DNA of 64,000 nucleotides, taken from positions 78,492,001-78,556,000 of the forward strand of contig JBNRSN020000003.1 of assembly GCA_051313645.2 (NCBI GenBank). The letters run 5' to 3'. Shown in pieces: positions 1-11,454 of this stretch (position 1 is the first letter of the stretch; every line of letters begins with the position of its first letter). The DNA is from Centroscyllium fabricii (lineage: Eukaryota). The position numbers were made by a program, and so were the translations under genes. The notes under the pieces were generated by a model. It ran no database searches, was not told where the DNA came from, and saw only the letters and a program-made list of their open reading frames with translations.

Positions 1-1586
1 TAAAAAATGCCAGAAGTGCTTCAGCACAAACACAAATGGCTAGGAAATGGGCACCCAGGGTCTCGGATGCAGCACTCCAGCTTTGTGCAGGTGGTGAACA
101 CTGGAAAAGAGGTTCTCTACCCACAGGGGGCCAGGAGGCCCTCCAGAAAAAAACGATGTGGGACCAGATCACTAAGGTGGTCACTGCCAGCAGTGTCACG
201 CCCAGGATCTGGCTCCAGTGCCCAAAGAAGTTTCATGACCTCAGATGAGTAGTCGAGGTCAGTGACTGCATCTTCAAAAGCTGTCTACTCCCAATTTCAC
301 CACTAACCTCACACACTGCTCAATGCACAACCCCCACTCCGCCCCCCCCCATCACTCACCTACCAATAATCTTCATACGTTATCCTCTTTCTCACTTCCC
401 ACTTATCCCACAATCTCTTCTGTTTTGCAAGCTGCATATGCTTTACACCCTTCTCCTCACCACAACCCTACCCTTGTACCTTCCTCATTTCAGACACCCA
501 AGAAATCCAGCCTGCCCAGCCAGTGGTTAACCAAGAGGGGGAGGAGAGTGAAGAAGAAACACCGTCACGCGATTTCACACTCCCAGCCACCAGCTTCTCA
601 AGGTTGACCAGCAAGGCCATCTGCAGTGCCCCCCACTGAAAGTCAACAGCCTTCCATCAGCCATGCTGTAGCACTGCGTAACATCACTAGGATAGGCAAA
701 GGCACATGCAAGACAGTCACTAAGGGAATGCACAATGGTGATTAGTTGATTTTTTAATGTAATATTGGATGCATATATGGATAAAGTTGGATTGAAAAGT
801 TTGCTTTGTGGTGGCTTTTATTTCAGCATTGTGGCCAAGAGAATGCTGTGACAGTTAGTAACAGAGGGAAGGTAAGGTGTGGGACAAATGTGGAAAGAGG
901 AATTGGGGTTGCGTTCACTGCTACTGCAGCCGGATGATTCGATCTCAGATATCCCGGCCAGAAAAGGGCTGTCTGGGGTGCCGCCTTCCTTCAGCTTTTC
1001 CCTCTTCTGCTTCCTCCTCACTCTTCGCACAGCTTGTCCCCTTTGCTGCTTCTGCTCTATCTTCATGTGACACTGAAGCCCAAGGGCGACTGCAACTAGA
1101 GCCCCCAGGACTGGGAGCAAGTGGTCTTCTCAGAGGCCTTCCTTTAACAGCCAAAGACTTGCAAACATCCTGCAGCACTCCCTGCACTTGAACAACTTTT
1201 TAAATGTATTGCACCAAGCCACTACCCCAGTAAAATGTTTAAAAAAAAGCCCAAAAGAAAAAGATCTAAAATTACAGTACCTGAAAGTTGTGTGTGTCCC
1301 TTTAAGAAGCGCTGGCAGTGTCTCTGTTCTACTGCTGCACGCATATTCTTCCATGTGTGGTTTGGAGAGGGCGGTATCAAGAGCGGAGATGTTGAAAATC
1401 ACAGATTGTGCGTCAATTCAGACGCTGTACGCTGACATCATGATTTGCATCATTTAAATATGTGCAGCGAGCGCAGGCAGCACTGCTGACCTGTCCAAAA
1501 TGGTAGCTGCCATGTTCTGTGCCAGAAGCGAGGCAGCCGCCATTTTTTCTGCAAAATCGGCCTCAACGGCCGGCGCTAAAAATCCC
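1..1586 (+). mobile_element. Degenerate PIF/Harbinger-type element (left end outside window)
   Basis: Myb/SANT (Myb_DNA-bind_5/NAIF1-like) remnant at 36-257. Minus-strand acidic tail 'EEEAEEGKAEG..RQPFSGRDI*DRIIRL' at ~915-1040 resembles a Harbinger transposase C-terminus. AAAATCCC-type end at ~1578-1586. Confidence 0.5.
36..257 (+). pseudogene. Frameshifted Myb/SANT DNA-binding exon of Harbinger element
   Basis: APRVSDAAL...EVLYPQGARRPS...WDQITKVVTASSVTPRIWLQCPKKFHDL split across two frames; GT donor at 258; homologous to 22860-23090 and 46954-47187. Confidence 0.65.
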
Positions 1587-2147
1587 AATTTCACGGTTAG
1601 GTTCTTTCTTCTTTTCCTTCTTTGTCTCAGACGGAACATCAGTAATGTGGAGAGAAGCAAATGGACAGGTGTTTCTGTTATGGTTCCATAGAAAAATTCC
1701 TGGGAAGAGCTGCTGTAAACAGGCGATGCGAGAAAAAATGAGGATGTTGTAGAGAGGGCGTAGTAGAGGGAACAATTCCTAGGAAACCTTTGTGGTGGGA
1801 TGATGTGCTTGTTGGGATCATTAATTCTGATGTGATAATATGTGGTTTATTTTTTCCCCTCAGTGGGGCAAATCACTATTTATTCAGTGGGTTACTTTCC
1901 ATTTTATGATGCAGCACCAGACTGACAATAATATTTGCATTTTAAACATCTGACAACCAGATAGTTGGCAGCTCAAGGCCCAGTGCGACTTCTCACTCAG
2001 AACTTACCCAATTAAAGTAAGGAAGTTCTTTAGTTCTCATATTTTGCCTCAGAGCATTATTGAGTCCATGCAAGTTTAAGTTTGGCAGTGTGAAGCACCA
2101 GCAATAAAACTGTACAAAAATTGTTCCTCCAGTAATAAAAACAGAAG

Positions 2148-2690
2148 ATGCTAGAACCCCTCGTCCATGCCTTAGTCACCTCCAGATTTGACTATTCCAA
2201 TGCTCTCCTGGCCAGCCTCCCATCCTCCAAACTTCAACTTATCCAAAATTGCGCTGCCCCTATCCTATCCCGCACCATTCTGCTCATCCCTCACCTCTGT
2301 CTGACTGACCTACACAGGCTTCCAATTACCCAGTGCCACAAATTTAAAATTCATTTTCTTCATGGGCTCGCCCCTCCCTATTTCTGGAAACCTCCTCTGA
2401 CCCTACAACACCTCCCCTTCAAACCCACTGCTCCTCAGTCTCTGGCCTCTTATGCAACCCTACACCTTTCAGCCCACCCCCCCATTCAACTGGCTCAGCT
2501 GTATGCTCGAGAATCTCCTCCCTAAACACCTCTACCTCTCCAGCCTTCGCTCCTCCTTTAAGACCTTCCTTAAAACCCATCTCTCATATCTCCTAAAATT
2601 CTCTTTCTTTGGCTTGTTGTCCATTTTTCCTAGCACCTTAGGACGCTTCTCTATGTTAAAGGCGCTATATAAATACAGATTGTTGTTGAA
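2148..2690 (+). mobile_element. L2 LINE 3' fragment
   Basis: LVHALVTSRFDYSNALLASLP..KLQLIQNCAAPIL..LHRLPI is typical L2 ORF2 C-terminus; 3' tail ggcgctatataaatacagattgttgttg. Confidence 0.8.
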
Positions 2691-3748
2691 ATACTCAGCA
2701 TGTCGATCAACATGTGAAAAGGCTAATGTTTCAGGTACAGACCCTACTTCAAAATTCAAACAGGAAAATGTGCTTCCCCTTTACAGAACTGACCAAATCA
2801 AAGATGGGACGATATACCAGATAAAGGTCACAAGGTAAATATACTGGCTCCTCGTACAAAGTACCACTAATGAATGTGAACAGATTTTTGTTTGTTTAAA
2901 GTGTTGTAAACTGTTTAATGATACACAAAGGTCGCCTCAGTCAAACTGTGAAAAAACATTAGATAGATAAAAGATGAGTAAATATAAGGGAGGAAATTGG
3001 TATCTGAACAGGAGAAACTGGAAGGAAATGGGAGAGACACATAAACCCTGAAGTTGTTAAAGTAGGAAAAAACCTGCTTTTATATACCATCTTTCATGAC
3101 CTCAGGATGCCCCAAAGCACTTTACAGCCAATTAAGTACTTTATTGAAGTGTAGTCACTGTTACAATGTAGGAAATGCAGCAGCCAATTTGAGCACAGCA
3201 AGATCCCACAAACAGCAATGAAATAAATGACCAGATCATCTGTTTACAGGTGTTGATTGAGGAATAACTGTTGGCCAGGACACAGGGAGCACGCTCTTGC
3301 TCAGCTTCGAAATAGTGCCATTGCACCTTTTAAGGCCCTGTCACACCTAGACGTTTTAGCCAGCCTATGCAAATGAGGCTAAAACGCTGAACTTTCGACA
3401 CTTTTTTCAATTTTCGGTGTATAGTAGCGTATTCATAGCGTATTGGACGTATGCATAACGTATTAGTAACGTACACAGAACGTTTCGCTATCTTTATAGC
3501 AAATTGTACCAACGAGTTCTTAACGTGTTGTCGGCGTTCACAACGTATGCCTAACGATAGTCTAACGTATGCATAGCGCGCGGCAGCCAATCGGCGACGA
3601 TCAGGTGGGGTAGCCTATTCAAAGGCTGTCATTGGACGATTCAAATCATACCACTAGACTTTTAAGTGCAGCTCAGCTCCACCCACCCAAACTGATTCCA
3701 GTTCTAAATCAAAATCTGCTTTGACAAGTCTGTTCTTTTGCCAACAAC

Positions 3749-5111
3749 ATGCCTAGGAAAAGTTCCAAGAATGCTGCCAGGAAGTCTCCTGGCCGTGGCC
3801 GTGGCCGTGGGCGTGGACGCATGGAGGATCCATCACCCACACCCTTCCCATCACGCTCACCCTCTGACGGAGAGGATGCTGCTTCCAACGCCTCTCGGGC
3901 ATCGTCTGTGGCTGCGTCCGTGGCCTCCACCTCCTCTCAGCCAACCGTTGCGAAGAAGAGGGCCAAGAAGACACAGTTTTGTCTTGCTGTTGAAGAGGAG
4001 CAGCAGATGTGCGATTTCCTTTTAGATAACGCCATCCTCTGGGACATTAAAAAGACAGACTATCGGAGGGTGGACAAGAAGGGAAAGCTCTGGGAGGATC
4101 AGGCAAAGGACATGGGGAAGACTGTGGAGCACCTTCAAGGGTGGTTCAAGTCCCTGCGAGACACCCACACCCGTCTCCACAAGAAGAAAAGCGGTGATGG
4201 CGCCCAGGAACTGACAGAGAGGGAGCAGTGGGTGAAGGCAAAGTTCGGCTTCCTCACGACTGTGGTCCGCCATCGTCCTGAGCCCGTCCACAGTGTAAGT
4301 ATAAACACATATTAATATCCATAATAATATTTATTTATATTAGTTTTACTGTACTTTGCCTCGTTTTTTTGCTTTGTATTTTACTAATCATTTGTCATAA
4401 TTGCAGGTAAAGGAAACCATTGCAGCACACAGCGGGGACCTCGAGGCTGGCGAGGCTGCCTGTGTAGAGCTGGTGTTGGACAGCACACCCTCCCCTGTCC
4501 CCAGGGGGAAGCGTGCCCAGGACGATGAGCAGCTGCAGTCAATCCATAAGAGGGTGCACGAGACTGGGGAGATCCTCAAAAATCTGGCACAGCCTCAGCC
4601 CATCACAACCACCTCAGCCTTCGCCAACTACGTGCGTGACACCCTGGTCAGCATGCCCAAAGACAAATTCCAGGAGGCAAGGTTGCGCATCAGCACCATC
4701 TTCACTGAGCTGCTGGTGGAGGTCACTGAGAAAGAAACCCCCATCTCCGTGCGATCAGCTTCAGCACCAGCTACCTACACCCCCACGGCGTCGCCGATGT
4801 TCCAGCAAGATACCCACAGGTGGAGACACACGGCACCAGCTGCGTCAGTCTGTGGACCGTACATGCACCAGCCACAGTACCAGCAGATGATGCCACAGTA
4901 CCATATGATGCCTCCTGCCCCTCAGCATGTGTTCCAGCATCCTCCTCCTCCTCTGATGACGCAGCAGCCAAGCCTCGCCTCTTCATCTGCTGCTATAGGG
5001 TCGGCTGACCAGGTACTGAACAATATCTCAGGATTCAGCTTTTCCAGCGGTCCCAATGCTGCAAGCAGCCCGTGTGGGGAGCTGAACACACTTCCACCAT
5101 CAGAGGACTGA
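3749..5111 (+). CDS. Two-exon MADF (Myb/SANT-like) + BESS-like protein, 416 aa; join(3749..4294,4407..5111)
   Basis: ATG at 3749. MADF motif FLLDNAILWDIKKTDYRRVDKKGKLWE..GWFKSLRDTHTRLHKKKSGDG..W..FGFL. Phase-0 intron GTAAGT (4295) to TTGCAG (4406) with TACTAAT branch site at 4382. BESS-like AFANYVRDTLVSMPKDKFQEARLRISTIF. TGA followed directly by AATAAA. Confidence 0.85.
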
Positions 5112-5222
5112 ATAAAAGGTGACATTGTTTTTGACATGTTTGTGCAATTTTGTATATAGTTTTGATGTTTCAGAGAAGTTAAGATTGTTTTAGCCATTTT
5201 GTCTATACGTTTTTAGACCATT

Positions 5223-5493
5223 GTTATCATGTTAAATTATTTAATAAAAGTTGAGCAAACTCTTGATGTTTGTTGATGTTATCATGTTAAATTATTTAAT
5301 AAAAGTTGAGCAAACTCTTGATGTTTGTTGATGTTATCATGTTAAATTATTTAATAAAAGTTGAGCAAACTCTTGATGTTTGTTGATGTTATCATGTTAA
5401 ATTATTTAATAAAAGTTGAGCAAACTCTTGATGTTTGTTGATGTTATCATGTTAAATTATTTAATAAAAGTTGAGCAAACTCTTGATGTTTGT
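5223..5493 (+). repeat. 55-bp tandem repeat, ~5 near-identical copies, inside Harbinger element
   Basis: Unit GTTATCATGTTAAATTATTTAATAAAAGTTGAGCAAACTCTTGATGTTTGTTGAT starts at 5223, 5278, 5333, 5388 and 5443. Confidence 0.95.
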
Positions 5494-5573
5494 ATTGTTT
5501 TAATATTTAAATCATAAACAATAATTAACAATAATAAATTCATACACTTTGGAAAAGGTACAATGATATAATG

Positions 5574-5670
5574 GAGAGAGAGAGAGAGGGTGAATGAGTG
5601 GGGAGAGACCGGGAGAGAGAGCGAGGGAGAGAGAGATAGTGGGGAGAGAGAGAGAGAGTGAGTGGGGAGA
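5574..5670 (+). repeat. Imperfect (GA)n purine tract
   Basis: gagagagagagagagggtgaatgagtgggggagagacc...gagagagagtg. Confidence 0.85.
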
Positions 5671-7449
5671 AAAGGCTTTTTAAGATGTTCCTCAGGAGCT
5701 GTAAGTTAGAAACACGTTCAGTAAGTTCTGTGGTCGTCCGGAAGACGTCAAATACGTTGGAGATACGTTACACATAAGTTCAAAGCACGTTACTCATAGG
5801 TTAGACATAAGTTCCGGGTACGCTAGACATTATCTCGAAGTATTTTGACGTATGACTAACTTACAAGTAACGTGTGTCAACGATCGCATAACGTGCCTAC
5901 AACGTATGGCCAGCGTATGCGGAACGTATAAATTGTAACATTGATACGTCGTGATTTTTTGTGCATGCACAAAAAATCTCGACTTACTCGAAATTCAACG
6001 ACGTATACAACGTATGTCCAGCGTATGCCAACGTGCTCTTAACGTATGCATAACGTACCCATTACGTATCCGACGTAAACCAGCGTATTAGCCAAATTTG
6101 CATACGCTGGCTAAATCGCCTAGGTGTGACAGGGCCTTTACATTCATCTGAGAGGGCAGATGGGCCTTGGTTTAAAGTCTCATCCGAAAGACGGCACCTC
6201 CAACAGTGCAACACTCCCTCAATACTGCAGTGAAGGTGTCTGCCTAGCTTATGTTAAAATCAATGTTTAGACCAGAGAGTCGTATAGTTCCGAGGTGGAA
6301 GATGAGATACTATCTCTGAAGCTTGTGTGAGCTTGGCTGGTACAATGCAGGAGGACAAGTTGCTCTGTTTGCTCTGCCTCTTTGCAGAATCTTGAGTTGT
6401 TTGCCGTGTGCTCAGGTGTCCTGTGTTTGCTCTCTAGCTTCGAGTCTGTTATTTTCTCTAGTTTAGTTCTGTTATTTTGTACTGTCGAGAACTCTCCAGT
6501 AAAGATCCCTGATTTGTTCTACACCGGCATCTGTTGATCATTGCTTCATCTCTGCTCCTGTGTCCTACCTCATAATGTCACACAGGATCATGCTTGTAGA
6601 CAGAATGGAGCCGTTTGACAAAGCAGCGCCAGCACATGTTTGGTCTCCCCAATATAGAGAAGACTGCATTGTGAGCAGGAAATAAAGTATACTAGATGGG
6701 AGAAAATTGGAGCAGATCACTTTCTTGCACAGAATAAAGTGCTTCATGCCCCAAACAATGGCTTCCAATATTTGTAGCTTTTTATTTTAATTTTAACTTT
6801 CACACCAATGTTCCATAAATGTAATTAGCATCCAGAGGTTGGAAGAAATCCTTCTGTAGGAAAAATATACGTGAAATATATCCAAACTAATAACTTGTTT
6901 TATAATAATGCCTATTATATACATTCATAGATGTTGTATATACACAAGATTTTTATAAAGCAGATGCATGAGTTTTATAATTTTGCTTGAGCAAGTCTGC
7001 ACTACAAACTTTAGTTGGAGATAGGTCATGTAAAACTACCTATTAAAAAGATTGCTAGATCAAGCACAAGGCATTACATTTTTTTTCAATGGAGCGAGAA
7101 AGAAATAACTTGCATCGTCTGTCAGTGACCCAGGCTCGCCAATTAAATTGATTTGTCCTCTGAACAAATTTCTCATGGCCAATCAGAACAACCAAGCTAG
7201 GATTCCAATGGCCGAAGTGCATTGCATTATGTGATATAATTCAATGATTGAGTTTTGCTTATTTTTAAAAAAATCAACACATTTCTGCCACCTAAACTTG
7301 ATCATTCGGCCTGGAAGCAGCTAACTGCAATAAGTGTCAACTCAAAGATTCAGTCCCACACTGGTGGCTAAGTCGAGGCTGGATCTCGCTCCCTGCTGGC
7401 TGAACATGCAGTGTTATCAACTATAGGCAAAGTAGCTTGACACAGCATA

Positions 7450-7543
7450 ACAACAGAAAATACTGGAAAAACTCACCAGTTTTTCCAGCATTTTCTGTTG
7501 TTATTTCGGATTTCCAGCATCTGCAGTATTTTGCTATCATACA
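7450..7543. mobile_element. Miniature fold-back Penelope 3'-end insertion
   Basis: Hairpin ataacaacagaaaatactggaaaaact-cacc-agtttttccagcattttctgttgttat matching the end of the PLE at 15553; 16-bp TSD AGCTTGACACAGCATA at 7434-7449 and 7544-7559. Confidence 0.8.
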
Positions 7544-8349
7544 AGCTTGACACAGCATACTCCCTTAGCTGCAGGAACGCAGAGAGCAACATTCAAGGAG
7601 GTGAAAAATGATTAACGTTTGAATGTACTCATCAAATACATAATTCCTACAAAACAAATTCATCCAGCAGCTTTTCCCAACAAATTTAGCATGAAAATAA
7701 TCCTGCACTATTTTTCCTACAAGAAAACATTACAGAGAAATAGCCATCAGTCAAGGACGTGCTGGTGTCATCATGTAGCATATTACTGAAACAACCAACA
7801 GGACAGTTCTCATTCATATTTACTAAACATGTTATTTTTTGAGGGGGGAATTAAGTACTTAAAAACCTGCTTGATGAAAAACAATCTGATTTCATGAGAA
7901 CAATTACTTTACTGTCAATGGGGCACTGCAGAAGGAAATGAAGGAAGCAAGAAATTGCATTTATATAGCACCTTCTCACATTCTCAGCATGCCCCACAGT
8001 GCTTCACAACTGATAGATTACTTTTCATATGCAGTCACGTTTGTTTTGTAGACAAACAATTGTGGGGAACTTTGGTTGGAATAATGGAAAAGCAAAATAT
8101 TTTTTAAAAAGGTGAGAGACTAGTAATTGTTGGCATTCAGAGGGATTTGGGTGTCCTTGTAGAGAAAATCACAAAGTTAACATGCAGGTACAGCAAGCAA
8201 TTAGGAAGGCAAATGGTATGTTGGTCTTTATTGCAAGGAGGTTGGAGTATAAGAGTAAGGAAGTTTTGCTGCAATTATGTAGGGCATTGGTGAGACCACA
8301 CCTGCAGTGCTGTGCACAGTTTTGATCTCCTTACCTAAGGAAGGATATA

Positions 8350-9055
8350 TAGGTTGAAGTTCGTTAATCCGGCACGGGCGGGACCAGGCCCGTACCAGAC
8401 AAGTGAAAATCCCGAACGATTGAAGTTTCGGCGAGCGCATGCGCAGACCATTCAAAATGGCCACCGCGAAAGGCCTGCGGCCATTTTGAGTGGTCTGCGC
8501 ATGCGCTGATCATTCGGGGAGACCCGGCTCGGGGAGACTCGCAGCGGCCAGGCTCGGGGAGGCTCGCAGCGGCCAGGCATGGGGAGGCTCGCAGCGGCCA
8601 GGCTCGGGGAGGCTCGCAGCGGCCAGGCTCAGGGCGGCTCACAGCGGCCAGGCTCGGGGAGGCTCGCAGCGGCCAGGCTCGGGGAGGCTCGCGGCGGCCA
8701 GGCTCAGGGCGGCTCACGGCGGCCAGGCTCGGGGAGGCTCGCAGCGGCCAGGCTCGGGGAGGCTCGCAGCGGCCAGGCTCAGGGCGGCTCACGGCGGCCA
8801 GGCTCGGGGAGGCTCGCAGCGGCCAGGCTCAGGGAGGCTCGCAGCGGCCAGGCTCAGGGAGGCTCGCAGCAGCCAGGCTCGGCCATTGTGAATGATCTGC
8901 GCATGCACTCGCCGTTCGGCGGCACATGCGCAGACCATTTGCCGAAGCATCGATCGCGGTGGCCATTTTGCGCATGCGCAGGGCAGTCAGGAAATTATTG
9001 CCGGACGTTCGAAGTTGCCGGTTTTTCGGGTGCCGGATTAACGAACTTCAACCTG
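8350..9055 (+). mobile_element. Tigger/pogo-like (Tc1/mariner) MITE, copy A
   Basis: TIRs (T)AGGTTGAAGTTCGTTAATCCGGCAC / GTGCCGGATTAACGAACTTCAACCTG; TA TSD at 8348-49 and 9056-57; CR1 flanks rejoin. Confidence 0.88.
8526..8880 (+). repeat. 25-bp GC-rich minisatellite (~14 copies) inside MITE A
   Basis: Unit GGCTCGGGGAGGCTCGCAGCGGCCA with variant GGCTCAGGGCGGCTCACGGCGGCCA. Confidence 0.95.
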
Positions 9056-9629
9056 TACTTGTCTTAGAGGGGGTGCAACAAAGGTTCGCTAGATTGATTT
9101 CTGGGATGAGAGGGCTTTCCTACGAGGAGAGGTTGTGAAGAATGGGCCTATATTTTCTGGAGTTTAGAAGAATGAGAGGTGATCGCTTTGAAACATATAA
9201 AGTTGGCATTTTTCAATTTATGAAAATAATAGTATGCCATGAATTAATGTTTACAAGCTAAAAATAAATCCTACAACATACACTATAATGAATACTGCGC
9301 TGTATCTACATGTTCTAGCACTAGAAAAAAGGATTTTACAGGCAGAAAAAATATTTTTTGCTGCCTATGGGGCACGGTGGCTTCAAGGGCAGATAACCAA
9401 CTGCAGAGGGTTGACTGCTTGACCCAATTCAGGAGGGCTGGCACAGGCAGTGTGTCAGCAATGGCACAATGGAAATGGCAGGTCACGTTGAATTCTCAGG
9501 CGAATGCAATACATTAAAAAAATGTCTATGATGCAAGAACTCCAAGTTTCAGCTTTCTGTTGTGTTACCTTTCTAACAGTGATTGAGGAGGTCTAGAATG
9601 AGGGGGCATAGGTATAAAATGAAATGTAA

Positions 9630-10231
9630 AGGCCCTGTCACACCTAGACGATTTAGCCAGCGTATGCAAATTTGGCTAAAATGCTGGTTTACGTCGGATA
9701 CGTTATGGGTACGTTATGCATACATTAAGAGCACGTTGCCATACGCTGGACATACGTTGTATACGTCGTTGAATTTCGAGTAAGTCGAGATTTTTTGTGC
9801 ATGCACAAAAAATCACGACGTATCAATGTTACGATTTATACGTTCCGCATACGCTGGCCATACGTTGTAGGCACGTTAGGCGATCGTTGAACACACATTA
9901 CCTTGCCCCTGTCATGCCGTCACACCTTGACGATTTAAGCTAGCGTTTTCCAATTTATCAAAATTTATCTAAAACGTCGGCGATACGCTGCCGCGCGCTA
10001 TGCATACGTTAGACTATCGTTGGGCATAAGTTGTGAACGCTAAGCATTCGTTGGTATAAGTTATCTGTAAGTTATTGATACGCTCTGTGTACGTTACTAA
10101 TACGTTATGCATACGTCCAATACGTTATGAATACGCTATTATACGCCCAAAACTGAAAAAAAAGGTCAAAAGTTCAGCGTTTTAGCCAAATTTGCATACG
10201 CTGGCTAAAACGTCTAGGTGTGACAGGGCCT
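9630..10231 (-). mobile_element. Harbinger MITE, same family as 3333-6137, opposite orientation
   Basis: Identical TIRs AGGCCCTGTCACACCTAGACG; TAA TSD at 9627-9629 and 10232-10234; both arms match the ends of the large element; inserted in a CR1 3' fragment (~9585-10450). Confidence 0.93.
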
Positions 10232-11454
10232 TAAGAGGTTTGGGACAGAGAGCAGGAGAAATATTTACACAGAAGGTTGTGACATTGTTGAATGTACTAG
10301 TGAAGTTAGTGAAAAAATAGATTAGATGGTTGAAAAAAAGGTAACAAAGTGATATGGCAACAGGGTAGGCACATGGGATTAGGACTACTGCTTGTGCAGA
10401 GGCTAAGTACCAACACAGACTGGTTGGCTTGTTTCCGTGTTCTATGTTTAGACATTGCTGTTGCTTATTGACTGACGCTCGCAATTATTATTTCTTTTAC
10501 GCAGTACAATCCAGATCTCAGCCGTGATGTTAAAATGCAGAACTTCAGGATTTTCAGAAACAGGAAGAGGTCTAGTTAGGACCAAACAAGCCTTTTCATA
10601 GATCAAATGTGCTTCTAGCTTTCTCACATATCCTTCAATCACTATTTTTTCCTGAGCTGGTGGAAGCGTGAAGATTTTTAAACATCTTAACTCATGAGGC
10701 TGACCATAATGGACTTGTTATTCATTGTTTGTGAGCTACTCAATTAGCCTCCAGTGTGCAGGCACCTCTCTCACCTCCCTCACTGAGATGGCATGCAACC
10801 CAGCTGCTCCGAGGTATCTAGCAGCTTGAAGCTCCACAACAGTATTCTAGGAACAAGACACGTTCCAATTTTCCTGCTGTCCCCAACCTCCCCCCCGCCC
10901 ACCCAGGGAATCTGCTTGGGCTCTGCTTGGTACCCCTCCCAGCACTGCAGTTGAAATCAGAAATTTAGCAGCATGAGATGTCAAGACCCCTGTTGCCAAC
11001 GGCCACTTTATTAATCACTGTAGCACCGAGTGTTAGAATCTTGTACTGCGTCAGGTGCTGTGAGCTGCTGGTGCTTTTCTCTTTCCCTGAATATTCTCGC
11101 AGTTAAAGACAGCAGCTTTCATCCTTCACCTTAGGGCAAGCACTTCCAGCAGACAATGCACGTACGTGGCCGAGAACAGCATGCAAGCACTTACAATATC
11201 TTGCATATGAAATAAGGAATTTATTACTGGTACATGAAAATCTCTCAACCACAATTAGTTTCCTGCAAGTCACTGGAGATCTAAATATGAATCAGCAAGC
11301 TCTCACCATCAGTCAGTACATGCTGCAACATGGCCAGTCTCCACATAACTGTTCTTAAGCATTGTGGCTTCACAGCAGAAAAAAAATTGACATCAAATCT
11401 GAACAAGCATTTACATGAATAAAAGAGAACAAAGTACCCGCCAATATCAAATCC

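Larger units (their letters stand above)
3333..6137 (+). mobile_element. PIF/Harbinger DNA transposon, non-autonomous (Myb/MADF gene only, no transposase)
   Basis: TIRs AGGCCCTGTCACACCTAG.. (3333) and ..CTAGGTGTGACAGGGCCT (6137); 3-bp TTA TSD at 3330-3332 and 6138-6140; subterminal ACGTATGC-type repeats. Confidence 0.92.
3070..6260 (-). mobile_element. SacSINE1/Deu-SINE-like element split by the Harbinger insertion (pieces 3070-3332 and 6138-6260)
   Basis: Flanks rejoin as gaaatagtgccattgcacctttta|cattcatctgagagggcag...tctcatccgaaagacggcacctcc, the Deu-domain core in reverse. Confidence 0.7.
8060..9200 (+). mobile_element. CR1 LINE ORF2 3' fragment (interrupted by MITE 8350-9055)
   Basis: Degenerate VQQAIRKANGML..LVRPHL..LEGVQQRFARLISGMRGLSYEERL. 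Confidence 0.85.

Noticed and set aside
3749-5111. Domesticated host MADF/MSANTD gene
   Set aside because: It lies within intact TIRs and a TSD, and the element splits a SINE, so it is transposon cargo.
5223-5493. Possible CRISPR-like array
   Set aside because: Head-to-tail units with no unique spacers, eukaryotic context, no cas genes.
8364-9067. Repetitive ORFs (142, 133 and 162 aa) and the similar ones at 53888-54395
   Set aside because: They are translations of stop-free GC-rich minisatellites inside MITEs, open in several frames on both strands.
10690-10725. Possible downstream ZCCHC7 exon (HYG codons on the minus strand)
   Set aside because: No CX2C upstream and no GT donor at the expected position.
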